A stretch of DNA of 64,000 nucleotides from Patescibacteria group bacterium (lineage in GTDB: Bacteria > Patescibacteriota > Patescibacteriia > PEXW01): positions 97,252-161,251 of the forward strand of contig JBAYJA010000002.1 in NCBI GenBank assembly GCA_041665345.1, written 5' to 3'. The position numbers and the translations under genes are program-made. Numbering within the stretch: the first letter of the stretch is position 1; each line of letters opens with the position of its first letter. Of this stretch, positions 18,142 through 27,645 are shown piece by piece. The notes below the pieces were generated by a model. The model was not told the DNA's origin and did not search any database. It worked only from the letters and a program-made list of their open reading frames with translations.

Positions 18142-19350
18142 ATGAATATTGGCATTGTTTCGGAATCGTACTACCCGGCAGTTGGGGGGATTTCCGAACA
18201 CATCCACAACTTGGCTGCCGCGCTTCGGTTGCGCGGGCACAGTGTGAAAATAATCACCACGTCCTATGGCGAGTACGCCGATGCGCCGTACAACAGCCCG
18301 GACGTTCTTCGGATTGGGAAAGTTTTCAATTTTCATAAGAACGGTTCGCAATCGCATGTGGCCACGGGTAAGCATTTAAGCCGGCAGCTGCGTGAGATTT
18401 TTGCCAAGGAGCAATTTGACGTTCTGCACATTCACGCGCCAGAGCAGCCCATGCTGTCCCAGCTGAGTTTGCTGAACTCCACTACGGTGAATGTGGGAAC
18501 CTTCCACGCGCAGTATGACCGCAGCTTACCCCTGGGTTTCCTTCGACCCTTGGTGGCGCCGGGCATGGCACGCTTGCATGCCCGCATTGTGGTTTCGGAT
18601 GCGGCGCAGCAGTCCATTGCTAAGTACTTTCCGGAAGGCGCGTACACCACCGTACCCAATGGAGTGGACGTGGCACACTTTGCCAGTGGCAAACCTTTGG
18701 CAGAGTACGCAGACCGGCCTAACATACTCTTCGTGGGAAATTTTGTGATTCGCAAAGGGTTTGTCCATTTGCTGGAAGCCTTTTTGCACTTGCGAAAAAC
18801 CTTGCCCAAAGTTCGTTTGCTGGCAGTAGGGGATGGGAATCTTCGGCCAACCTACGAGCGCGAGCTAGGTGACTTGGTGGGTAAAGATGTGATTTTCACT
18901 GGCCGCGTGCCAAATGAAGCCTTGCCCAACTACTACGCATCCGCGCAGGTCTACTGCTCTCCAGCAACCGGGCGGGAGAGCTTTGGCATTGTGCTGCTGG
19001 AAGCCATGGCCGCGGGTCGGCCCGTGGTCGCCTCAGATATTCCTGGGTACCGGGCAGTGGTTGGCGCTACCCAAGCCGCCCGCATGGTGCCGGTGGGTGA
19101 TACCCTGGGTTTTGCTGCTGCCTTGGCGGAAGTGCTGACCCAACCCGAAAAAGCCCAAGCCATGGCCGTGGCAGGGCAGCGGGCAGCCAAGCAGTATGCC
19201 TGGGAACATATTGCAGCGCAGGTGGAGCAGGTGTACCAGCAGGCCCGAGCCGTGTACCCAGCAACCGTGCCCGTGGTACCAGGGTACCGGTGGTTGAGCG
19301 CGCTCATCCGCAGCCGCAAGTGGAAGGTAGCGCGGGAGGTGGCGCAGTAA
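18142..19350 (+). CDS. Glycosyltransferase, family 4 (GT-B)
   Basis: N-terminus MNIGIVSESYYPAVGGISEH. C-terminal EGFGIVLLEAMAAGRPVVASD motif (E-x7-E region of GT4). Internal start chosen because it sits right after the hydrolase stop. Confidence 0.75.
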   Translation: MNIGIVSESYYPAVGGISEHIHNLAAALRLRGHSVKIITTSYGEYADAPYNSPDVLRIGKVFNFHKNGSQSHVATGKHLSRQLREIFAKEQFDVLHIHAPEQPMLSQLSLLNSTTVNVGTFHAQYDRSLPLGFLRPLVAPGMARLHARIVVSDAAQQSIAKYFPEGAYTTVPNGVDVAHFASGKPLAEYADRPNILFVGNFVIRKGFVHLLEAFLHLRKTLPKVRLLAVGDGNLRPTYERELGDLVGKDVIFTGRVPNEALPNYYASAQVYCSPATGRESFGIVLLEAMAAGRPVVASDIPGYRAVVGATQAARMVPVGDTLGFAAALAEVLTQPEKAQAMAVAGQRAAKQYAWEHIAAQVEQVYQQARAVYPATVPVVPGYRWLSALIRSRKWKVAREVAQ

Positions 19351-19997
19351 TGGACCTTACCGAATCCGTCCAGCACATTTTTGCAAGCTACGGTTTCTTT
19401 GGGTTGTACGCCATCGTGGCTTTTGAGGCATTTCAATTCGTCTTCTCCACACCCATTGGCCCCATCATTGTCTTCTTGGGTGGCTTGGCAAGCCAGGGAG
19501 CTTTTTCCGTACTCACACTCTGGCTGGTGGTGTACGCCGGGGTGGTCACCGGTGACAACCTGGGTTTTCTGGTTGGCCGAAAGTTTGGCCAACCCATTCT
19601 GCACCGTTTTGGCACGAAGCTGGTGAAGAAGGAAATGCTGGAAAAAGCAGAGAAGACTTTTTCTAAGTACGGCGCAGTGGCAATTTTTTTTACTAGGTTC
19701 ATCTTCGCCACCATTGCTGCGCCGCTGAACGTCCTCGCGGGCGCATCAGACTTGCCCTGGCGCCGGTACATTGTGGCAGAAATGGGCGGGCAAATAGTTT
19801 GGACCAGCTTGTACGTGTTCCTGGGCTACTTCTTTGGAAAGCAGGTGGAGCAGTACATCAGGGTGGTTGACGATGCGAATATAACCATACTCTCCCTCAG
19901 CGCACTGATCATCATTTTACTCATCATCTGGATTCTGGGCCGAGGGATTCACCAGCACGTCCAGCACCGTAAGCGCCTGCGCCATGGAAACCAGTAG
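19350..19997 (+). CDS. DedA family membrane protein
   Basis: FTRFIFATIAAPLNVLAG DedA signature. ATG overlaps the stop of the glycosyltransferase (TAATG). Confidence 0.7.
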   Translation: MDLTESVQHIFASYGFFGLYAIVAFEAFQFVFSTPIGPIIVFLGGLASQGAFSVLTLWLVVYAGVVTGDNLGFLVGRKFGQPILHRFGTKLVKKEMLEKAEKTFSKYGAVAIFFTRFIFATIAAPLNVLAGASDLPWRRYIVAEMGGQIVWTSLYVFLGYFFGKQVEQYIRVVDDANITILSLSALIIILLIIWILGRGIHQHVQHRKRLRHGNQ

Positions 19998-20595
19998 CTT
20001 CCTCCAATTCGTGACGACCTACGGGTACTTTGGGCTGTACGCGTTGGTGGCCGTGGAAGCGTTTGAGTTCATTTTTTCTTTCCCCCTCAGTCCGTTACTA
20101 GTAACACTGGGCGCCCTCAGTAGCCAAGGTACATTCATTTTTGTTTGGCTGTGGTTGGCTGCCTGGGCCGGTGCCATGACCGGGGACATGCTGGGGTACG
20201 CCCTGGGCCGGAAAGCTGGCCGGCCTATTTTGGAACGCCTGACCCGGCGGTGGCTGAAGCCCGTGGTGCTGGAAAAGTCCGAACACTTTTTTAACAAGTA
20301 CGGAGCGTGGGCCGTCTTTTTTGGCCGGTTCATTTTTGCGTCCCTCGCCGCGCCAATCAATTTGCTCGCTGGCGTTTCAAAAATGCGGTTCCGCACTTTT
20401 TTCATTGCTGATGCCCTAGGTCAAGCAGTGTGGGCAACGGCGTACCTCACCCTGGGGTACTTCGTGGGGCCAGTGGTCATTGATTGGATCGAACGCATTG
20501 CCCGGGTCGGCACCTCCATACCGGCACTGCTCATTGTCGCCTTTCTCCTGAGCTTGTTCTTGGTGCACTTGCGGAGGAAGAGGAGGGGAGTGTAA
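19984..20595 (+). CDS. DedA family membrane protein (tandem paralog)
   Basis: FFGRFIFASLAAPINLLAGVSKM. 14-nt overlap with the previous DedA. Confidence 0.7.
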   Translation: METSSFLQFVTTYGYFGLYALVAVEAFEFIFSFPLSPLLVTLGALSSQGTFIFVWLWLAAWAGAMTGDMLGYALGRKAGRPILERLTRRWLKPVVLEKSEHFFNKYGAWAVFFGRFIFASLAAPINLLAGVSKMRFRTFFIADALGQAVWATAYLTLGYFVGPVVIDWIERIARVGTSIPALLIVAFLLSLFLVHLRRKRRGV

Positions 20596-20787
20596 AAAAT
20601 TATTTACTTAAGTCGTCATGGTTCAAGACTGACGAGCGTTTTCCATTAGGGCTACCTCCCCCTACCCCCTCCTTCGAAAGGAGGGGAGGAGTTTCTTTAG
20701 TCACCCATACTCCTAGCTATCCCAAACCTTAACCCTCACACTATACTCGCCGCTACACCGAAACCCATGCCTCAGCTTGTGCCCCCC

Positions 20788-20816
20788 TTGACACATTCCA
20801 ATACCCATGCTAGTAT
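20788..20816 (+). promoter_or_regulatory. Sigma70-type promoter (TTGACA-17-TAGTAT)
   Basis: Canonical -35 TTGACA at 20788-20793, a 17-nt spacer, then -10 TAGTAT at 20811-20816. Confidence 0.45.
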
Positions 20817-20822
20817 GGCCTG

Positions 20823-21205
20823 TACGCTTCTGAAAGTAACTGCAGAGACTGCAAGAGGCGTAGCAAGTTACCCCTTTAAAAAGTAGAAAATATTTTGGAG
20901 TTTCGTGGTTGGATTTTCAAATCCAATACCACGCTGGTGCCCCACGAAAGGCACCCAAAGCCGTACTACGCTGAGTCGTTGGTACGCACATACTCGCTCG
21001 ATGATGGGTTCATACACCTGTCGATCAACTCCTCCCGAGCGATTCTACGCCTCGTCCATGCTGGCGACGCGCTGCTGATGGCCCCCATCTTGCGGCGTGA
21101 TGGGGGCCACTGAAAGTTTGTACGTAAGTACATAGGCAGCTCACCGAACAACGAGCAACAAAAAAAGATTGATCTTACCCGGATGCTACATGCTCCGGGT
21201 TTTTT
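20823..21205 (+). ncRNA. Candidate structured non-coding RNA (about 380 nt), class unknown
   Basis: Bounded by the strong promoter and an intrinsic terminator. Only an RBS-less TTG-start ORF lies inside. Several strong internal hairpins, for example TGGCCCCCATC...GATGGGGGCCA. Confidence 0.3.
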
Positions 21206-21207
21206 CT
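21178..21207 (+). terminator. Rho-independent terminator
   Basis: CCCGGATGCTACATGCTCCGGG followed by TTTTTT. Confidence 0.55.
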
Positions 21208-21488
21208 TTGCTTTATTCCGATAAATCACCCCGAGCAAAGCCCTTGAGTCGATCGAAAGGACGTAGTCCTTGAGCTTGTCGAAAGGGCGAGCGGAGCCAG
21301 TCGAGAGGACGCAGTCCCTGAGCGGAGTTGAAGGGTGAAGTTATTGACTTGTACAAGGTATAGTCGTAAGGTAGAACCATTCTTTAACAACTCATACTCA
21401 CGGATAATCTGTGGGAGAAATTAATCACATTAGTTGTCGTCTGCGCGTCATAAAAAGAAAGTGATGTGTGCAGGGCAAGGAGGTTTGT

Positions 21489-22112
21489 ATGGCCGAAGGT
21501 TGTGGCTTTGGGGAGTCTTGGAATAAGCCCCCAGATTGGTTGGCGTACACTGGTAAGAAGTACCGGCTCATGTTGGTGAAACTCGATGGCAGTCCAGAAT
21601 CACCTAAGCACAATTATGTTTTTCTTGGGTCACATACTGAAGTGCAGTGCCTGGACACAATCCATGAAGGGGTTGTCTGCGGTTGCACAACAGTAAGCAA
21701 TCCCTTTTGCAAAGGCGCATTGCAAATGTACATTCGATTGAAAGATGGATCCCCATCACTGGAGATTTCCTGTCATAGTTGTGCTATTCAATTTTTTCCA
21801 AAAATTTCTCTGGAGTATATGAAAACTTTTTGGGCAAAATATGAGCGCTGGGTAGCGGCAGGGGCAATGGAACCAAGGGATGTTCCATTTTTTACTCCAT
21901 TTATCACGTTACCCGAACATGGTGGCGAAAGTATCCCGGTTTTGGAAATTCCAGTTCGAATAAAAGCCATACCAGTACTCCTGGGATTACTTCCTTCTGA
22001 GTATAGTCTGCAGCGTTCACATGCGGCGCTTACCCGTCGGTATGCGGATTTGATTAAGCTAACCAAGCAAGACCGCGATGCTATTTCGTCGCATCTTGGT
22101 TACAGGGGTTAA
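21489..22112 (+). CDS. Cys-rich hypothetical protein (207 aa)
   Basis: AAGGAGG RBS 5 nt before the ATG at 21489 (MAEGCGFGESW...). Multiple Cys and His. A terminator hairpin at 22125-22155 follows. Confidence 0.5.
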   Translation: MAEGCGFGESWNKPPDWLAYTGKKYRLMLVKLDGSPESPKHNYVFLGSHTEVQCLDTIHEGVVCGCTTVSNPFCKGALQMYIRLKDGSPSLEISCHSCAIQFFPKISLEYMKTFWAKYERWVAAGAMEPRDVPFFTPFITLPEHGGESIPVLEIPVRIKAIPVLLGLLPSEYSLQRSHAALTRRYADLIKLTKQDRDAISSHLGYRG

Positions 22113-22623
22113 TGTACTTTTCAACCACCGTCTCATCTGAGTCGGTGGTTTTCATTTCTTCTGAGAAATCACCCTGAGGGGAGTAAGTCTAGGGGATGAA
22201 CCTGGTTATTCTTAGCGGGGCATGAAAGCCCCGCCTACCCACGTGAGGGTGGGTAGCCGTGAGCCCCCTGTCCGCCGAAATCGCAGCGATGTAGGCGGGT
22301 CGCTCGCGGCTTGGGGTAATGTATTGCAAAGACCAAAGCGAGGGCTTTGGTCTACCCACTTTTTTACAACGGACAAAAACAAAAGCAAACCCGAGCGCGG
22401 GTCTCCGTGCCCGCGCGCAGACAGGGACGCTTGGGCTTGGAGGAATAGGGGATATAAAAAACCTGGGTGGGGGAGTCACCCAAAAAAATGAACCCCGCGG
22501 CTTAGAAAAGCCGCTCTGGGGTGCATAGTATAAGTTTATTAGAAATGACTTACTAACTTTCCTCCTTCCCAATTCGTACATTCGTATTTTCGTAGTATCT
22601 ATTCGTAATTCGTAACGCCGCTC

Positions 22624-22663
22624 TTGACACCCTCTATTAGCACTCTATACTAACGAGTGCTAA
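22624..22663 (+). promoter_or_regulatory. Sigma70 promoter overlapping a perfect CIRCE operator (HrcA binding site)
   Basis: TTGACA (22624-22629), 16 nt, TATACT (22646-22651). CIRCE TTAGCACTC-N9-GAGTGCTAA at 22637-22663 lies immediately upstream of hrcA. Confidence 0.8.
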
Positions 22664-22668
22664 CACTT

Positions 22669-23364
22669 ATGCAAGCGCTCGAAACCCGTAAAAATCAGCT
22701 TTTCCAGGCCATTGTACGGCAGCACATTGCCCTGGGTGAACCCATTGGTTCAAAAGTCCTGGTGGAGCAGGCGGGTTTGGATTGCTCGTCTGCCACGGTC
22801 CGGAATGACTTGGCGGCGTTGGAGCAGGACGGGTATTTGACCCACCCCCACACCTCTGCCGGCCGCGTGCCCACGGAAAAAGGCTGGCGGATGTACTTGG
22901 AGCAGTTTATGCAGGAAGTGCCGGTACCCAAGAAGGCGCAGGACGCGTTGGGTAAGGCGAAGGCCGAAGGGTCAGATGAAAACCACAGCTTAAAGCAGGT
23001 GGCAAAAACCCTGGCTGAGCTTTCCCAGCAAACCGCCATCATTGGTTTTGGGCCAGATGACACGTACTACACGGGTCTGTCTCATCTTTTCAATAAGCCA
23101 GAATTCGCCGAACTGGATCTCATGCAGCACTTGTCCGAAGTCATTGACCATTTGGACACTGCCATGCGCAAGCTCATGAAGAGCAGCACTGCAGAAGACG
23201 TGCGTGTCCTTGTGGGTTCCGACAATCCCATTGATGAACGCTGCAGCCTGCTGGTGATCCGGCCTCCAAATGTTGATGACCGCGTGTTTGCCCTGCTGGG
23301 TCCCATGCGCATGGACTACGACCGCCTCCTTCCTCTCGTCCGCTTTACCCGCACGTTAATTTAA
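22669..23364 (+). CDS. hrcA: Heat-inducible transcription repressor HrcA
   Basis: Sits directly behind CIRCE and upstream of grpE-dnaK. N-terminal wHTH-like region and typical length. ATG at 22669 is preferred over the GTG at 22657, which lies inside CIRCE. Confidence 0.85.
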   Translation: MQALETRKNQLFQAIVRQHIALGEPIGSKVLVEQAGLDCSSATVRNDLAALEQDGYLTHPHTSAGRVPTEKGWRMYLEQFMQEVPVPKKAQDALGKAKAEGSDENHSLKQVAKTLAELSQQTAIIGFGPDDTYYTGLSHLFNKPEFAELDLMQHLSEVIDHLDTAMRKLMKSSTAEDVRVLVGSDNPIDERCSLLVIRPPNVDDRVFALLGPMRMDYDRLLPLVRFTRTLI

Positions 23365-23370
23365 TTCTGT

Positions 23371-23853
23371 ATGACTGACGCACCTGCGCAGCCGAAGCTT
23401 GAAGAAACCGAACTGGAGAAAATGCAGAAGCAGAACCAAGAGTACTTGGATGGCTGGAAGCGCGCCAAGGCAGACTACCTGAACCTGAAGCGGGACAGTG
23501 AAAAGGAGAAAATGGAAATTGTGCAGTTTGCCAACGCGGGTTTGCTCATTGAGCTCTTTCCCATCTACGACAACCTGAAAACTGCCCTGAAGCACATCCC
23601 CGAAGGCCAGCAGAAGGAAGCCTGGGCCCAAGGGTTCCAGCATATCCTCCGGCAGTTCAAAGATTTTCTGGGCACGCTGAAGGTGGAAGAGATTGCTACG
23701 GAAGGGAAAATGTTCGACCCGCTGCTGCACGAAGCCGTAGGCAAGGAGAAGCGTGAAGGCATTCCCAGCGGGCAAATCTTGGACGAGCAGCAATCCGGCT
23801 TCACCCTGCAGGGGAAAGTGATCAGACATGCGAAGGTGACTGTCTGTGAGTAA
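23371..23853 (+). CDS. grpE: Nucleotide exchange factor GrpE
   Basis: Coiled-coil N-terminus and conserved C-terminal beta domain. Positioned between hrcA and dnaK. Confidence 0.85.
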   Translation: MTDAPAQPKLEETELEKMQKQNQEYLDGWKRAKADYLNLKRDSEKEKMEIVQFANAGLLIELFPIYDNLKTALKHIPEGQQKEAWAQGFQHILRQFKDFLGTLKVEEIATEGKMFDPLLHEAVGKEKREGIPSGQILDEQQSGFTLQGKVIRHAKVTVCE

Positions 23854-23967
23854 AAATTACGAATTACGAAAACGGTTACGAAATACGAAAAAAGATACGA
23901 ATATACGAATTACGAATAGAGAGCGGAGGTAACTTTCATCAATATTTCACCCCTTAACCAAATACAT

Positions 23968-24387
23968 ATGCCAATAGTCAAATGGACACCAGCAGGAAAC
24001 ATCTTCGATGACATGGACAGTATGTTCAACGATGCCTGGCTCCCCGTAATGCGCCAAAACTTTGCGCCAGCCGCAGACGTGTACGAGGACAAGGACAACG
24101 TGGTGGTGGAAATGCCCCTAGCGAACATTGATCCGCAGAAAGTGGACATCACCGTGGAGAACAACGTGCTTACCGTCTCCGGGAAGTCTGAGCACAAGTC
24201 CGAAGTGGATGAGAAGAGCTACTACCGTAAGGAAATCCGCACTGGTTCCTTCAGCCGCGCCATTGCCCTGCCCAAGAGCGTGCGTGGTGACAAAGCCGAA
24301 GCGAGCTATGATAAGGGTGTCCTGAAAATCGTCGTTCCCAAGGCGGAGGAAGCCAAACCGAAAACAATTAAGATCCAAGTGAAATAA
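23968..24387 (+). CDS. Hsp20 / alpha-crystallin small heat-shock protein
   Basis: Alpha-crystallin domain pattern (VYEDKDNVVVEMPLANIDPQKVDITVENNVLTVSGK...). 139 aa. Confidence 0.85.
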   Translation: MPIVKWTPAGNIFDDMDSMFNDAWLPVMRQNFAPAADVYEDKDNVVVEMPLANIDPQKVDITVENNVLTVSGKSEHKSEVDEKSYYRKEIRTGSFSRAIALPKSVRGDKAEASYDKGVLKIVVPKAEEAKPKTIKIQVK

Positions 24388-24597
24388 GCACGACGAATTA
24401 CCACCCCGGCCTCGAGTACGAGGCCGCCCCTCCTCGACGAGGAGGGGATAGGGAGGTGGAAAGTGCCACCAGCGTGATGATTGTCACCTCTTGTATCCCC
24501 TCCTTGCATAAGGAGGGGACAAAGGGGAGGTAATTCTCTCTATCTCCAACCTCTACCCATACTTCAATCCTTACCTAAACCTTCAATCTCTCCAAAC

Positions 24598-24939
24598 ATG
24601 CCCCAATTCCAGTTTCCAACCTTTAACCAGGAAAGTAAGCCAGACCATCTGCGCTTGGATGGGCATTGCCCAAACTGCGGCAAGTTGTTCGACTTCCGGA
24701 AGACCCAGGTGTTGGCGGAGGAGCAGGGCGTAACCCTCATGTACCTGAAGTGCAGCCAGTGCGCGTTGGCCGCCGTGGCGACGATGACCATGTCACCCCA
24801 AGGGTTGATGTTCCGCGGCTTGGTTACAGACCTGACGGCCCAAGACGTGCTGAAGTTCAAAGACCAAGGCAGCGTGTCGTCCGATGACATTGTGGATCTG
24901 CATATGCATTTGGACTCTGATTCGCTCACATTCTCGTAA
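24598..24939 (+). CDS. Zinc-ribbon (CxxC...CxxC) small protein inside the heat-shock operon
   Basis: HCPNCGKLF ... LKCSQCAL. Start trimmed to the ATG at 24598 after a hairpin repeat. No clear RBS. Confidence 0.4.
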   Translation: MPQFQFPTFNQESKPDHLRLDGHCPNCGKLFDFRKTQVLAEEQGVTLMYLKCSQCALAAVATMTMSPQGLMFRGLVTDLTAQDVLKFKDQGSVSSDDIVDLHMHLDSDSLTFS

Positions 24940-25090
24940 AATAGGATTTCGGTGTGGCGGCGAGTATAGGCATAGGGTGGAGGTGAAGGCAGCAGAAGCC
25001 CAAACCTTATCTCCACACCCATACTCGCCGCTCCAACGCAAACCAAACCAGTAAGTTGTCATTCCTTTACTCATTAATCTAACAACTAGT

Positions 25091-27001
25091 ATGTCCAAGA
25101 TCCTCGGTATCGACCTCGGTACAACCAACTCCTGCATGGCCATCATTGAAGGTGGTGAGCCAAAAGTTTTGGAGAACAAAGAAGGGAACCGCACCACGCC
25201 TTCTGTCGTTGCAGTATCCAAAACCGGCGAACGTCTGGTTGGCCAAGTGGCCAAGCGCCAGGCCGTTGTCAACCCAGAAAACACTCTCTATTCCATTAAG
25301 CGGCTCATTGGTCGGCACTGGAATGATGAAGAAGTCCAGCGCGACCAGAAAGTTCTGCCCTTCAAACTCAAGCAATCTGGCGATGGCGTGAAAGTGATTT
25401 TGCAAGGCAAAGAGTATGCTCCGCAGGAAATTTCAGCCATGGTTTTGCAGAAAATGAAGGAAGACGCGGAAACCAAGCTGGGTGAGAAAATCACCGAAGC
25501 AGTGATTACCGTCCCGGCCTACTTTGACGACAGTCAGCGCCAAGCCACCAAAGACGCGGGTGAAATTGCCGGCCTCAAAGTCAAGCGCATTATCAACGAG
25601 CCAACCGCAGCCGCGCTCGCCTATGGTTTCAACAAGAAGAAGGACGAGAAAATTGCAGTGTACGACCTAGGCGGCGGCACATTCGACATTTCCATTCTGG
25701 AAGTCAGCAATGACACCGTGGAAGTGAAAGCCACCAACGGGGACACCCACCTGGGCGGCGACGACTTTGACCAAATCATTATCCACTGGATAATTGACGA
25801 GTTTAAGAAAGACCAGGGGATTGACCTTGGCCAAGATCAGATGGCTTTGCAGCGCTTGAAGGAATCTGCGGAAAAAGCCAAGCACGAGCTTTCCACCACC
25901 GCGGAAACGGAAATCAACCAACCTTTCATTACCACGGACGCATCCGGCCCCAAGCACTTGGCCCTCAAACTCACCCGCGCCAAACTGGAGCAGCTGGTGG
26001 GCGATCTCGTTGAGAAAACCTTGGAACCAACCAAGAAAGCTTTGGCTGATGCCGGCCTGAAAGCCAGCGACATCAATGAAGTCATCATGGTCGGTGGTAT
26101 GACCCGCATGCCTCTGGTGCAATCCACCGTGGAAAAATTCTTTGGCAAAAAGCCGCACCTGGGTGTGAACCCAGACGAAGTGGTAGCCATCGGCGCCGCA
26201 GTTCAAGCCGGTGTGCTGCAAGGTGAAGTCCGCGACGTGCTGTTGCTGGATGTCACCCCGCTCACCCTGGGCTTAGAAACCCTGGGCGGTGTGTCCACAC
26301 CTTTGATTGACCGCAACACCACCATTCCAACCAGCAAATCCCAAGTGTTCTCCACAGCCGCGGACAACCAGACCAGCGTGGAAATTCACGTGCTGCAAGG
26401 GGAGCGACCCATGGCCAATGACAACAAGTCCCTGGGCCGGTTCATCCTCAGCGGCATTCCGCCGTCACCCCGCGGCGTGCCCCAGGTGGAAGTCACCTTT
26501 GACATTGACGCCAACGGCATCCTGAACGTGAAAGCCAAGGACAAGGCTAGCAACAAGGAGCAGAGCATTACCATCACCGCGTCGTCCGGCTTGTCCAAGG
26601 ACGAGGTGGAGAAGATGAAGCAGGAAGCGCAGGTTCACGCCGAAGAGGACAAGAAGAAGCGCGAGCTCATTGACATGCGTAACATGGCCGACAGCCTGGT
26701 CTTCACCGCGGAGAAGAGTCTCAAAGACGCGGGCGACAAAGTCCCAGCCGACGTGAAGAAGGAAATTGAGGAAAAAATGGAAGCCGTGAAAAAGGTGAAG
26801 GATGGGGATGATAAGGATGCCATCAAGAAAGCCACGGATGACCTGGGGCAGACGATACAGAAGATTGGTCAGGCGATGTATAAAGGTAGCGAGCAGGCGA
26901 GTAAGCAAGCTGGCGAGTCAGCAGGAGGGGAGAAGTCTGGCGAAGCACCCAAGGATGATAAAGGTCCGGTGGATGCGAAGTACGAGGAGGTGAAGAAGTA
27001 A
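25091..27001 (+). CDS. dnaK: Molecular chaperone DnaK (Hsp70)
   Basis: [16 protein letters not shown], the full Hsp70 signature set and a C-terminal EEVKK-like tail. 636 aa. Confidence 0.95.
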   Translation: MSKILGIDLGTTNSCMAIIEGGEPKVLENKEGNRTTPSVVAVSKTGERLVGQVAKRQAVVNPENTLYSIKRLIGRHWNDEEVQRDQKVLPFKLKQSGDGVKVILQGKEYAPQEISAMVLQKMKEDAETKLGEKITEAVITVPAYFDDSQRQATKDAGEIAGLKVKRIINEPTAAALAYGFNKKKDEKIAVYDLGGGTFDISILEVSNDTVEVKATNGDTHLGGDDFDQIIIHWIIDEFKKDQGIDLGQDQMALQRLKESAEKAKHELSTTAETEINQPFITTDASGPKHLALKLTRAKLEQLVGDLVEKTLEPTKKALADAGLKASDINEVIMVGGMTRMPLVQSTVEKFFGKKPHLGVNPDEVVAIGAAVQAGVLQGEVRDVLLLDVTPLTLGLETLGGVSTPLIDRNTTIPTSKSQVFSTAADNQTSVEIHVLQGERPMANDNKSLGRFILSGIPPSPRGVPQVEVTFDIDANGILNVKAKDKASNKEQSITITASSGLSKDEVEKMKQEAQVHAEEDKKKRELIDMRNMADSLVFTAEKSLKDAGDKVPADVKKEIEEKMEAVKKVKDGDDKDAIKKATDDLGQTIQKIGQAMYKGSEQASKQAGESAGGEKSGEAPKDDKGPVDAKYEEVKK

Positions 27002-27008
27002 TTTGGTA

Positions 27009-27030
27009 GGGGCGCCGAAAGGCGCCCTTT
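27009..27030 (+). terminator. Rho-independent terminator after dnaK
   Basis: GGGGCGCC-GAAA-GGCGCCC followed by TTT. Confidence 0.5.
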
Positions 27031-27042
27031 AACACTTCATAT

Positions 27043-27615
27043 ATGATTGAATTAAAAATTACCGAAGAAGTTCGATCCTACTATTCAGAACTGCAGGGGT
27101 ATCTCTCGCAATTTCCTATTGCCAAGAGTCCAAGTGATGTAAGTGATGATTTTTCAATGGTTGAACGACTCAATGGGGTCATTGATAAATTGCAGACTTT
27201 ATGTAATGAGGATTTGAGCCGCTTCAAGGTTAGCAGCCCGCCAGGATACGATTCACAGTACTTTCTTATTTCTCAGTACCGTACATTGGTTGGTGGTTTA
27301 ATTTCTCGACTGCACGCCAAGTTTTTTTCAAATGAACCCCCACCATTTTCTGGAATGCCAAGCACAGTGAATCACTTTTCTCAAAGTCAAACACAAAACC
27401 AGTCACAAAATATGCAGCTAGTTATGGAGGTAACTGAGATAATAACAAAAAGTCTGGCCAATACTGATATTCCCCAAGATGAAAAAACGTTTTTGCAGAA
27501 GGTAAAGGAAATTTTACCAACAATCAATGGAGGATTAGACTTAGTACAGAAAGTGAGTGCAATTGCTGCACAATTAGGTATGAGCATTGAAGCGGTGAGT
27601 AGACTCCTTCGTTAG
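27043..27615 (+). CDS. Hypothetical protein (190 aa), AT-rich island, partner of the SIR2-like gene
   Basis: Markedly lower GC than the flanks. No TM and no recognisable motif. 31 nt upstream of the SIR2_2 gene on the same strand. Confidence 0.5.
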   Translation: MIELKITEEVRSYYSELQGYLSQFPIAKSPSDVSDDFSMVERLNGVIDKLQTLCNEDLSRFKVSSPPGYDSQYFLISQYRTLVGGLISRLHAKFFSNEPPPFSGMPSTVNHFSQSQTQNQSQNMQLVMEVTEIITKSLANTDIPQDEKTFLQKVKEILPTINGGLDLVQKVSAIAAQLGMSIEAVSRLLR

Positions 27616-27645
27616 TTTTTGATAAACCTCTAGAGATATAAAACC

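Noticed and set aside
17421-18155. 244-aa minus-strand ORF overlapping the alpha/beta hydrolase, and the 217-aa ORF at 18951-19604 overlapping the glycosyltransferase.
   Set aside because: They are antisense to well-supported genes with clear catalytic motifs. They have no RBS and a composition typical of shadow frames.
20895-20960. tRNA-like hairpin TTGGATTTTCAAATCCAA (TTCAAATCC resembles a T-loop).
   Set aside because: No acceptor stem, D-arm or anticodon arm can be drawn around it. It is a simple palindrome inside the candidate ncRNA.
21255-21330. Short direct repeat GA(A/G)AGGACG(T/C)AGTCC(T/C)TGAGC at 21265 and 21305 with a roughly 20-bp spacer. Considered a CRISPR remnant.
   Set aside because: There are only two imperfect copies, no further repeats and no cas genes nearby. 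More likely a local duplication or a regulatory site.
22657-22668. GTG start of hrcA at 22657 as given by the ORF track.
   Set aside because: It lies inside the CIRCE inverted repeat. The ATG at 22669 just downstream gives a conventional HrcA N-terminus.
25667-26908. Long antisense ORFs inside dnaK (25667-26221, 25837-26190 and 26465-26908, minus strand).
   Set aside because: They lie fully within the highly conserved dnaK reading frame on the opposite strand, with no RBS. They are typical shadow ORFs of a GC-rich gene.
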